Shown: positions 36,994-48,560 of the stretch, one piece after another
How positions within the stretch are numbered: position 1 is the stretch's first letter
How the letters are laid out: each line of letters starts with the position of its first letter
Assembly (NCBI GenBank): GCA_043228905.1
Contig: JBHGNT010000016.1
Location: 18,228,001-18,292,000, forward strand
Length of the DNA: 64,000 bases
Direction: 5' to 3'
Source of the DNA: Azolla caroliniana
Taxonomy: Eukaryota > Plantae > Polypodiophyta
Translations under genes and position numbers: made by a program
Notes under the pieces: generated by a model
Told to the model about the DNA's origin: nothing
Database searches by the model: none
The model's input: only the letters and a program-made list of their open reading frames with translations

Positions 36994-37626
36994 ATGACTA
37001 GACCAACGCACGACCTGGTTACAGACCGAGCTCGACGCCTCGCCGAACAGCAAAGACGGCGTGAGACTTTCCAGCAAGCAGCGCACGAAATTTGCTCGGA
37101 TCGTTCGTTCTCCAACGTGATCCGGAGAGTCGCGGAGGAATCTCTTCGGTTACAGCAAACTCGCGACCAGGACGACGGAAGCAGTCTAAGTAGTCTCCGG
37201 GAAACCGAACGCCTCCTCGAGGCACTGGCAAGCGGAGAAAACGAGGCAGAAGCCTTTACAGCCTACGAATCGGATTCCGAAGGGGGATACAGCGTGCACA
37301 CGAACTACCGGAGCAGCAACGATACCCCCGGCGGCCCGGAGGACGACGGGTCGGATACCGTGCCGACTCCAGAGCCGGAACCGTTCGACCAGGGCTATCC
37401 GGAACCGTTCGACCAGGGCTATCCGGAACCGCAAACGGAAGCCGTCAACCCACCAACACCGGAAGTGGAAGAAGCAAAGCCACCGACACCAACGAAAGAG
37501 CCGGCGAAGGTACCGGAAGAAGAGCCGGTGAAGGAACCGGAAAAAGAATCGGAAGAAGAACCGGAAAAAGAACCGGAAAAAGAACCGGAAGTGGACGACG
37601 ACATGCCGTTCCAAACCGCAGCCTAA
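36994..37626 (+). CDS. Upstream ORF (210 aa) with acidic Pro/Glu repeats; possibly the gag N-terminal part
   Basis: Starts about 40 nt after the PBS. PEPFDQGY x2 and EPEK repeats. Confidence 0.65.
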   Translation: MTRPTHDLVTDRARRLAEQQRRRETFQQAAHEICSDRSFSNVIRRVAEESLRLQQTRDQDDGSSLSSLRETERLLEALASGENEAEAFTAYESDSEGGYSVHTNYRSSNDTPGGPEDDGSDTVPTPEPEPFDQGYPEPFDQGYPEPQTEAVNPPTPEVEEAKPPTPTKEPAKVPEEEPVKEPEKESEEEPEKEPEKEPEVDDDMPFQTAA

Positions 37627-37640
37627 TACTGGACGACGAC

Positions 37641-40600
37641 ATGCCGTTCCAATACTCGAAGTATTGCGATGATCCGGACGCGGAAGCGCATGTTCATGCC
37701 TTCGAGCAGACATGGGAAGCAAATCACGCGTCCCAGCGATTGACACCGGAGGAAGAAGAACGCTCGAAGATAGCGGAATTCGGGGTCACGTTGGAAGGAC
37801 CAGCGGCACGATGGCGGCGGACGCAGGACCCGGCGACCATCACAACCTTTGCAGAATTAAAAGCAAAATTCTTGCATTTTTTCCACAAGGAGGTCGACCA
37901 GACGATAATGGTGGGCCTGTTTTATACGATCCGACAGGAGGCAGGGGAAAGCATTCCCCAATTCGTCATCCGTTTCCAACGAATGCATAGCCAGCTTGCC
38001 CGTGCACCCCCGGAGGAGGAATTACGGACGATATTTTTAAACGCACTCCGGGAACCGTTACGCACGGTGTGTACGGTGATCGACTTTCAAGGAAGCACCA
38101 TTGACCAGGTCATTGACCGGGTCAGAGAAATGGAAAAGTCAAGCTCATGGCTTACACTGGGAGCACTGCAACGGGCGTTACCCACCGATGAAGATCTCCG
38201 GTTCCGGCAGGCAATTCAATGCACAATCTGCTTGAATGCCGGACACTCGGCAGTGGAGTGCACCATGCGAACCCAGTGTGTGATTTGTCAATCCAAGAGT
38301 CATACAACGGACCGGTGCGAGTATAACTTGCTAAACCGACAAGCACCACCCGTCCGACGGATCGAGCCAAGAAGCAGCCGAGACGAAGATGAAGATCGTT
38401 GGCAAAGAATGAACCGGTACCGACCGGCACAGGATGTCCGGTACGGAGACAGACAAGAGAATGATGGCCGGTACGGGGATTGGCATGATAACTACGACCG
38501 GTATGAGCGATCGGACCGTTATCGGGAGTCCAACAGACGACACGAGCAATACGATAGAGACCATTCCCTTGGTTACCGAAGGCACCAGGAGGACTACGGC
38601 CGATTTTACGATCCACCACGACAGGACTACCGAAATAAAAATAAGAATAATAAGAAACGTAATTTCAAGAAAGGTGGTCACCCTAGGGACCCGGAACATG
38701 GAACCCCAAGGAGCCAACCGGCACAGAACGCACCACTCACTACGGGACCGACTCCGGCTACCAGCAATGCTGAATCCAGCAATACCCGTAAAGAGTACTG
38801 CTACTACTGCAGGCAGGAAGGCCACTACAGTAACCAGTGCCCGGCAAAGAGCTACGATAAACGACCAGCAGTTAATATGGTGGTTCCGGAAGTGGCAGAT
38901 GTACAGCAAGTAACCACACGGTCGAAAGGCATGGCCAAAGAGTGGGAAACACAAGAGGCCATACAAAAACAGGCGACGGAATGGGTGAAGGAAGCCAATG
39001 AAAGGAACGTCGCGGACGCGGAACGGCAAAAGGCGAATACCATAGGGAGTGCCGGCGGTAGCCACGCAGAAAACGAGACATGGCAAGCACTGCAAGAATG
39101 TCAGATCACGTTGCCATTAGGAAGACTCTTGCAGCTCGTGCCGCGATTTACGGAAGGACTAAAAACGGTCATGACAGACGGTGTAGCCCCACCGGCACCA
39201 GTCCTCTTCTCGAATCCGGAGGAGGGACCGACGGTGGTGGACACTAGTAGTCCGGTGATTACAGCTATTGTCAAAGGGCACGAACTTCCCGGCACAGTAA
39301 TCGATGGAGGTTCCGGGGTGAACGTAATAAGCCTCCGCACGTGTGATGCCTTGGGTATACATGAATGGGAGCCATGTCCGTTCTGGCTACGGATGGCGGA
39401 TACGAGCTCTGTACGGCCGACGGGCTTAATACGGAAATTGGAAGTCACCATAGGAGGTCACACATTTCACATCTCGGCTGTAGTGCTGCAGCTACAGGCG
39501 CAAGGCGCGTACCCACTGTTGCTGGGCAGACCATGGTTGAAAACAGCACACATCAAGCAAAATTGGCGGAAAAATATGATTACCTTCCGGCGCGGAAAAG
39601 CCAAGGTCCAGGTACCGACACAACCACGGACGAGCAACGGTAAGGAATGCACACCGCTGCATGCGGAATGCGTGAACATGCTTGAAGGGTTAGCAGACGA
39701 CGAAGAAGCCCAGTACTTGGAGGAACACCCGAAGATCGTACCACTCTTCGAGATTGACGTGGCTGAAGCCGTAGCGCCATACTTGCCGCAGCGGGACGAA
39801 ACCGAAGCCGAACCAGACAAAGATTCGATTCGGGAATTACGGCAAGCACAGGAAGCGTTGGAACGGGAAATGGCCATTTCCCAACGGGTAAAAACATCCC
39901 AGCTCGACGAAGTGAACCTAGGAAGCAAGGACGAATCAAAGCCGGTACACATCGCCAAAGAGATGAAGCCGGAAGATAAAGCGGCGATGATCAAACTTCT
40001 CACGGAGTTTCGCGACGTATTCGCCTGGTCATACGAAGACATGCGAGGGCTGGACCCTCAATTATATCAGCATCAGATCCACTTAAGCAAGGACGCGAAA
40101 CCAGTGGCGCAAAGATGTTACCGAATGAACCCCAACTACGCCGCCAAAGTGAAGGAGGAAATCGACAAACTCCTAAGAGTGGGCTTCATCCGGCCGGTAA
40201 AGAAAGCGACGTGGCTGAGCCCCATCGTCGTCGTCCCAAAGAAGAACGGTAAAATCCGCGTATGTGTAGATTACAGGAAACTAAATGCAGCCACAATTAC
40301 GGATGCATTCCCTCTTCCGTTCACGGATGGAGTACTGGATGCCGTCGCCGGCCATGAAGTTTATAGCTTTTTAGACGGGTTAAGCGGATACAATCAAATC
40401 CGGATGCACCCTGACGACCAGGAGAAGACAGCGTTCGTCACCGAATGGGGGGTGTTTGTTGCCGTAGTAATGATGTTCGGACTAAAAACGGCACCAGCAA
40501 CTTTCCAGCAAATCATCATGGAGATCTTCGGCGAATACATTCCAGCCTTCATGCAGGTTTTCCTGGATGACTTTGCAGTCTATAGCCGGGAAAAAGACCA

Positions 40601-42878
40601 TTTGCAGCACCTACGGTTATGCCTTGAAAAGTGTAGGTTATACCGGCTAAGCTTAAACCCAGCGAAATGCATCTTTGGGGTTTCAAGTGGAATCTTACTG
40701 GGACACATTGTAAGTAAGGAGGGCATTGCGGTCGACCCGGACAAAGTAAACGTGATACTAGGGGCACCGGCGCCGAAAACGGCCAAAGCACTAAGCCGAT
40801 TCTTAGGACAGATCCGGTGGCACAGCCGGATGCTCCGTCACTTGGCTGACTTGGCTACACCATTACACACCGCGGTACATCGGACACCGTTCCAATGGAC
40901 GGATACGGAGGATAAGGCATACAACGCCCTGAAGGTACTTTTGTCGCAAGCACCCGTCGTGCAGCCTCCGGATTGGAGCAAGGAATTTCATGTGTTCGTT
41001 GACGCTTCCGACATCGCTATCGGCAACGCCTTAATGCAACTTACGGAGCCCAAATGGTACCGGCCGGTATATTACGCCAGCCGGAAGCTGTCCCAAGCGG
41101 AGAAGAACTATTCGACTACGGAACGGGAGGCCCTAGGCATGATCTACAGTGTCACAAAGTTTCGTCATTACCTATTGGGAAGGAAGTTCTCCTTTCATGT
41201 GGATCACTCGGCGCTCCTGTACTTAGTGTCCAAGGCGTCCCTGACCGGTAAGTTGGCCCGTTGGACCTTGCTGTTGCAGGAGTTCGAATTCGAGATCTTC
41301 CACCGACCCGGTATCCAGCATGCCGTAGCAGACTACCTGAGCCGGTTAGAGTTCGGAGAATCAGGCGACGGAGTATCAGATGAATTCCCGGACGCAGAGT
41401 TATTCCGTATCACCCCGGAAACGGCAGCGGACGACACGGTGGCATCAGAAGATAGGTGGCTGACAAACATGCACCAGTTCCTAAGCACGGGCCTGCCACC
41501 GGAGGAAATGAACCGGGACGAGAGGAAACGACTGGCGGTGCAGAGCCGCAATTTCTGTCTGTTACAGGACACTCTCTACCACAAGGGAGCAGATGGAATA
41601 TGGAGATGGGCAGTCCGTAGTGATGAGAAACAAGTAATCTTACGGGAAGCACACTGTGGGGTTGCCGGAGGACACTATGCCGGGGAAGCGACGGCAAGGA
41701 AAGTATGGCAGAGCGGCTTATGGTGGCCCACGACGTTAAAAGACGCCGTCAAGTATGCTAAGGAATGTGACCTATGCCAACGAATGGGCCAGCCTACGGA
41801 GCAAGCACGGATGCCACACCAACCGGTACTTCCACTAGAGCCATTCCAGAAGTGGGGGTTGGATTTTGTCGGACCGTTCAAGCCACCGGCAATGAGAACG
41901 GGTAATCGTTATGTCATCGTGGCAACAGATTATTGCACTAAATGGGTGGAGGCTAAGGCCTTGAGAGACAACACCGCGTCATCCACAGCAAAATTCCTGT
42001 ACGAGAACATTTGGTGCCGATATGGATGTCCGATTGAATTAATCAGCGACCAAGGAGGGCACTTTCTCGGCCAGGTAGTTGAAAGCTTAACAACGTTCTA
42101 TGCCGTGGTCCATAAACGGAGCACACCGTACTACCCACAAGCAAACGGGTTAGCAGAGTCAACCAACAAAACGCTCTAGAACATTCTCCGCAAAATCGTC
42201 AATGAAAACCGGACGGACTGGGATACAAAGCTCCATAGCGCGCTATGGGCGTACCGAATGGCATACAAAACAAGTATCCGGACAACGCCGTTCCGGTTAG
42301 CGTTCGGCTTAGAGGCGGTCATGCCGGTGGAATTTCAGGTACCAAGCTTACGGATCCAACTACGGGAACGGCTGAATGAAAAGGAGTCGGAGGAAATGCG
42401 GCTAGCAGCACTATGCGAACTGGAGGAGCAACGGCTTGCCAGCATCCTACACATGGAACTGGAGCAACGACGACGGAAAGCGTTCGTTGACCGTCACCGG
42501 AAAGGTAATGAAAAGATGTTCGAAATCGGAAAGCCGGTGCTAGTATTCCAAACGAGGATGGGCAAGATGCCGGGTAAACTCCGGTTTAGATGGACAGGCC
42601 CGTATTGGCTGACACGGGAATACAACGGGTCCTATCAGTTAGGGACACTTGCCGGTGAAGTGCTAGGCAAGTGGGTCAACGGATTTAGACTAAAGCCCTA
42701 TAAAGGACCGATGCCAAGTAACCCGTTTATGCAGCCCACCGGCACTATACCGGGAACCTGTCCGGGAACGGTACGGATGGAAGAAAAAGACGACGGGGAA
42801 CCCGTAGCAGAGGCGAAGGAAGACACGGCAACCCGTAAGGAAAACGGTAAGGGTCCGAAGGGACCTACGGATGTGTAA
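37641..42878 (+). CDS. Gypsy gag-pol with one in-frame TAG at 42177-42179
   Basis: Zinc knuckles CTICLNAGHSAVEC, CVICQSKSHTTDRC and CYYCRQEGHYSNQC. PR IDGGSGVN, RT FLDD, RH VDAS, INT WGLDFVGP..SDQG..ANGLAE and WTGPY. Confidence 0.95.
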
Positions 42879-43249
42879 GATCACATACCGTCATTTTTAA
42901 AAATAAAAAAAAAATAAAAAAATCATTACAAATCGAGGTATGAACGGACGTGAAAGCAAGGAGCGAAAAGGTACGTAGTGGGCATTTAAGAGCCGCCACA
43001 TGACTTAATGCTAAATTGGTACACGACGTGCGCACGCTCGAAAAAGGTGCCAAGACGCACAGAGAAAAAGCAGAACGCATGGAGACCTTTTCATTTCGCG
43101 AGCCAAGAAGCACAGAAGCACCAAGGCGGTTGAAGCTTATCAGACGCGAACCTGCACTCAGAGAACCCCCACGTTCTGAACTCTCTCTCTCTCGCTCTCA
43201 CTCTCATCACCACTCTACCTCGCCATCTTTCCTCGACCTCGAAGCAGAC

Positions 43250-45913
43250 ATGGACCCACAAACGCTGTCGGAAGCGGCCAGGAAATGGCTCAGGCAACAC
43301 GGACTGGATGGGTTCTTGACCATCATGGAGGCACCACCGCACAAAGAAGCCGACCGGGTCATCAAGGAGCTCGACACAGAAGTCATCACCGAGGAAGCGA
43401 TCCGTGCGCTAACAGGCCTTCCGGAGGGAGGTATTTTTCAGATCGATAACCCAACCTCGGAGCAACTCATCCGATATTTCGGTGAGTACTCTCTAGCCGG
43501 CAAAGGCTATCGAACGCAGGGCGGCGAAGATCCGCTATTCAGGGAGATAGCTCGAGTGCTCCATGAGTACGGCCACGTGTACCCCCGACCCCCTGTCATG
43601 CCAAAAAATCGGGCAGGGATGATCATAGTCACCTATGAAGGGATCAAGGTGGATTGGCCGGTGTTGATTGCACACGGTTTGTGCGCGGCAATCAACACGG
43701 TACGAGGAAAGGACGGCAAGGAGGGCCGGAAGCTGTGGCATGCCGTAGCTCAGTGGATAACATTGCTCGCGCCGCCGGTCGAGACCGTTCAGCCAAAGAA
43801 GCGGCCAAGATTATCGGAAGGAAGCACCTCGAAGCCCGCGTCCAAACGACAGCAGCTGTTGGCGTCGAAGGCGACGAAAGGGAAGAAACGGCTCCCAGAA
43901 CCGGAGGAGGTGTCACCGGTCCGACCCGTTAAGATAACCATACGGCGACCGAGACAGAAGGAACCGGAACCCTTGACGGCACAGATACATGCCGTTACCC
44001 AGGAAGAGGAAACGGAGGAGCCAGTAGAGCACCTCCAACGACGGTCAAGCAGTAGGACCGCCGGGACAGCGGGGGAGCGTTCGGACCCGCAAAAGGAAGA
44101 AACGCCCCCAACTCAACCTGAGCAAACCACAAGGGAGGAACCGGAACCGGTCCATATAGAACCGGCCTTGTCGGCTTCTATACAAGAAGTCATTCCAACG
44201 GCTCCGGAGACGGCGAGAACCGGAACTCAACAGCCGGCGAGCCCAGCCAGCACAAACAACGGCCAAGGAGTAGAACCAGAACGGCAGATACAGGCACTCA
44301 GGCCAGACAATTCCACAGTGAACGAGCCGACCCGACCAGCACAGCAGCAAGGCACCAGTAGCATGTGGCTACGGTGGGTAGGCGAGCAGATCGCCGGAGC
44401 GGTCGAGTACATAGAGGCGGAGGAGAGAGCGCACCACGAACGGTTGCTCGTCACAACCGTAGATCTAGAGACGGCCCGGTCCAGAATCCGGAGCCTTGAA
44501 CAAGACTTGGACAGGGTCACAAGGGAAATGGCTCAATTGGCTTTGACAACACAAGTCCAAGCACCGGTGACTCCGGGCAATGTACAGAATAAAGCGTCAG
44601 ATCAACCTGTACATAGCAATAAGACCCCGGCAACGGAAACCGTTCCGGAGAGAAATGCGGCACAAGCCCAAGAGCTTGCGGACTTAAAGGATGAGCTAGC
44701 TGCCCAAGAAGCGCTGAGGAGCCGCGAAAGAGAGTTGAAGACGGCAGCGGAGGCAGAACTCAAAAAGACTGCTGAGAATCTACGCCGGGCCGAGGAGAGC
44801 TTACGAAAAGGCCACCAAGCGTACGACCGGCTCAAGGAGGAGAAGGAGAAAATGCTGCAAGAGAAGGACAGGCTCCGGAGGAACGCCGAAACAGAAGTAG
44901 AGCGCCTGAAAGAGGAACTCCGGCAGCAAAAGGACCGGGAGGACCGGAACCATCGCCAGATCAACGGCAAGCTCAAACAAAAAATGGAGTTTGAGCACTT
45001 GCACCGGGAGTATAAACGGATGCAAACGGAGCACAAGGAACGGACGGATGAGCTCCGGCAAGCAGTTGATCAGACCGCAATGGCATACGCTAATGAACAA
45101 GCGGAAACCAGAAGACGGTTGGAAGAGGCAGAGAAGGTTCGGACGGAGCTCCTCAGGCAACAGCAGGCGGAAAGAGAAAGAGCGGCGGCGGTACTGCAGA
45201 AGCTGCAAACAACATATCAAGGGCAGTTGACGCACTACAAAGAGCAGGCAGAGGATACGGCTAATCTCATCAAGCAGTTGAAGGAGGAACGACAAGTTGT
45301 GGAAAGTAGAGCGCAAATGGGAGCAAGTCGCATCCAGGATATCATGCGGGCCTGGTTGAACTAGACCAAGAGCTTGATTGACAACGGTTCCGTCAAATGG
45401 TGGACCAAGTGGGCCCAGAACGCGGCGGAACTCCAATTGCTCCGGGCCGACGTAGAGAACCGGCGGAAGGAGGGGGATGATTGCTATATGCTGACTTCCG
45501 AAGACTTCACCGGCATAAGAGATGAGTTGGCCGAAGACTTTCAAGCCTTGGCAGAGGACCAACTAGGGCAAGTCCGGCAACTTGTAGCTCAGCTGGACGA
45601 CGTCAGGCTGGAGGCGCAGATCCAGTTTGAAAGCTACGAGAGGTCCCGGATCCGGGAAGAGAAAGAACGAGAACCGGTTACGGTCAACCTCAGTGATGAG
45701 GAACCGTTACTGGAAGGAGACCGGACCGGAAACAGTCAAACGGAGATGCCGGAGTCAGAGAAACAAACGGAGCAGCCGCCTATAGAGCAGCCGGAGCAGT
45801 CTCAGTCCCAACCGCAACCACAGCAGCAGCAGCAAGCACAGCCGCAACAACCACAACCGGAAGAACAATTGGAAACTCTAGAACAAAGTATTTTGGACAA
45901 TTTGGGTGAATAA
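43250..45913 (+). CDS. Extra sense ORF after pol, coiled-coil rich, with one in-frame TAG at 45362-45364
   Basis: ORFs 43016-45364 and 45374-45913 share a frame. Likely start MDPQ at 43250. Ends shortly before the 3' LTR. Confidence 0.85.
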
Positions 45914-46388
45914 TGAAGGGGCCGAGAAGGGTTCGACATACAAGGTACTGTCCCACGGGCGTGCCATGTGTTACCGGCCGGCAAGGAGTCCAAAATACGG
46001 AGTGAAGGAATTAATTAAGTATGGTTGTAAATAAGCATAGTGTGGACGGACGGACTGGAAACGGTATGCCGTTCCAGATCCGGACGGATCCCAAATAGGT
46101 GCGATAGGCACCGTTTTGTACTACGGGCCGGAAACCTATTTAAAGGCCCGGACCCCATTGTAATCGCAGCGGATAATTAATAGAGCGTATGGTGTTTATA
46201 CTTCTGTGTTGATTTCCGTTCTGTAATTACTGTTATATCTTACGCGTGTAATTAACAAAAGCACTCTAATCGTGTAACCTACTTAAGTCGGTGTAATCGT
46301 TGAGTCATAATCCTATGCCGTAATCACCCTTTGGTGAAGTGTCTCCGTGACACCTTGTGTTAGGCCTTGTCCGGTCAGAGAACAACAC

Positions 46389-47400
46389 TTCCGTGACTAG
46401 GGCCTTTGGGTCGGTTCAGGACTCTCTGTCCTTCCGGAGAGCTTTTTCATTTAGTAAACTCAACTTCACCTTAGCCAAGAATAAGTGTTTCCCTTCTAGT
46501 CTAACGTTGCCTAACGTGACAATCAACGTCTCCCAACTGTTTGAAAGAGATACGAGCAACAATAATGGTAATACCTCGTCCACTAGAGGTACTTCCAGTG
46601 AGGTGGTTTGGTTGATAGGTCCTTGGAAGGTGTTCAGATGCTCTACCATGCTCGAGCCATCCTGATACCTCAGACTCAAAATCTTTCGAAATACTGAGAC
46701 TTTGTTTACAACATTCATGTCGATCTCCTCCCAGAGGATGTCCGCCTTGTTCTCTTCGTTGAAGTTGTTATAAAGGCTCATGTCTATGAAGCATCTAATG
46801 TATGTTGTCGTCTTCATGTGCATTAACTCCCAAGTCGATGCATCAATCTTTTCGGGTCTTTTGTCTCCAAACTATATGGACAGCCAGAGATCTTTAACCC
46901 CCAACATGTCCCTCATCTTCGACTTCCACACTGAGTAATTGGAGCAGTTTAGCTTGAACATTCCACTAAATGAGTTTTCCATTTTCTTTAACCGGAAGGT
47001 AATGAACCTTCGCTCTAATACCATTTTGTTGAGAAATGGTGCTTGGCCACTACCGAGCTTCAAGCACAACGAGAGAAAACTAAAAATTGAAATAATGCAC
47101 ATACACGAAAAATGAGACGACGCAGGATGTTAGCATGGAAAACCCTAAATGGGAAAAACGTCAGGATCCCACAAACTTTGAATTGTTCACTATATGAGGG
47201 AGAATACATGAAGACTCACAAGCAACGACCTCTTGCTCTTCTTCTTCTTCTAGCAGACGGTTACAACAAGAAGCTTAGCTTCCTTCTTTCTCTCTCTCTA
47301 TACACAATTACAGCTCTCTATACAGTAACAACTATTGAACAAATGTGTTCCTCGTCGAGTTCACATCCGATCCGGCCGGATCTCTTTAAGATTCAGTCCG
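46389..47400 (-). mobile_element. Copia gag remnant, decayed iMet PBS (47012-47023) and partial 5' LTR from 47027
   Basis: MFKLNCSNYSVWKSKMRD and SLSNSWETL. The LTR shares TGGAAAACCC..GGGAAAA motifs with family B LTRs. Confidence 0.82.
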
Positions 47401-47475
47401 GTTGATGCTCCTTCCATCCAGTTTCCTCCTTTGGGTCAGTCTGATCCAACTCATACTTTTCCCATTCGGAGGGAC

Positions 47476-48560
47476 CTATTTTCCCAACACTACTTGTATT
47501 AGGATGTTGTGAATAACAACCATCGCTGGGATACCTTGCATATCAGTGTAGCTCCATGCGAACAGATCTTTGAGCTCGATGGGGAGCATTATAAGTGTGG
47601 CTTTGTTGCCCAGTTGGAGGTCAATGGTGACGAACACTGGATTTGGATCGTTGTCATACCCCAAGTTGATCTCTTTCATGTTTTCCAATCCATCATACGC
47701 TTCTTCGCCTAACGTTTTAGATGTCCATTGTGGCCGACAGCAAACGACTGAACGATTCCCTTGTTCGTAGAGCTTGAATTGTTCGGGAAAATTCATCTCT
47801 TCGAGAGGTGTTGGTTTGGTTATAACTTCACAGGGGGGTTCCACTCATGTCACACGGGGTCATGGGATTTGGCATTGGTGTGCATGCCAATAGGGTACAT
47901 GACATCCGTTGTGGCGAGAGTATGCAACCAATTCATCTCCGAGGAAATGGAGGCGATGGAGTGTCCTCTCGTGCTATTAAGTTTGGGCACTTCCAAACTC
48001 TGTGGTAATGGTTGTCCTCTTGCAAAAATTCTAAGGCTCATGATTAGGTGGCATGTGAGGAGGTTGATCTCGAATTCAGTAGTTTTTGGCATCAACTTTG
48101 AGGGGATTGCCTTCTTGCTTGTGGACCCTTTGTATGTAAGCTTGTATGTGAAAAGTCGTATTGCTTTTCCGCATGTAGATGGTATCATTGCCGAAGTCCA
48201 TGGTGAGCTTGGTTACACGTAAGAACAATCGTCCGAGCAAGGATTCATAGGCAACGTGATTGGTCAGTCGGGTGACAATGAAGGTGTGGGTGAATTTGAC
48301 TCCGTAGATTGTGAATCTATGAGTTGGGACCATACCCTCAGGCCTTTGGATGGATGAATCGGCCTTGTGGAGTTTGACATCCGACGGAAACATTTTTGGA
48401 TTACCCCACTTGCACCAAAATTCATAGCTAATGATGTTTACTCCTGCCCCAGTGTCAATGATAGTGTCACACCTGGTATTGTTGACACAGACAGGGAGAG
48501 TGAAAGTGGTTTCATCGCTCTCGAAGTGGGCCACGCATGTGTCGATAGGGTTTCCTTAGG
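47476..48560 (-). pseudogene. Old gypsy protease and RT-start remnant
   Basis: IIDTGAGVNII, LLGR and EINLG..DLFAWSYTDMQG. Confidence 0.8.

Larger units (their letters stand above)
36547..46387 (+). mobile_element. Young non-chromovirus Ty3/gypsy element with 5' and 3' extra ORFs
   Basis: 394-bp near-identical direct repeats at 36547-36940 and 45994-46387 ending in CA. The 5' copy is truncated, so there is no TSD. PBS-like TGGCGACCAC at 36947-36956 (tRNA-Arg-like, 10 nt). Confidence 0.92.

Noticed and set aside
42177-45364. Programmed readthrough at TAG 42177 and TAG 45362
   Set aside because: The first lies inside the integrase core and neither has a CARYYA context. CAG to TAG mutation is simpler.
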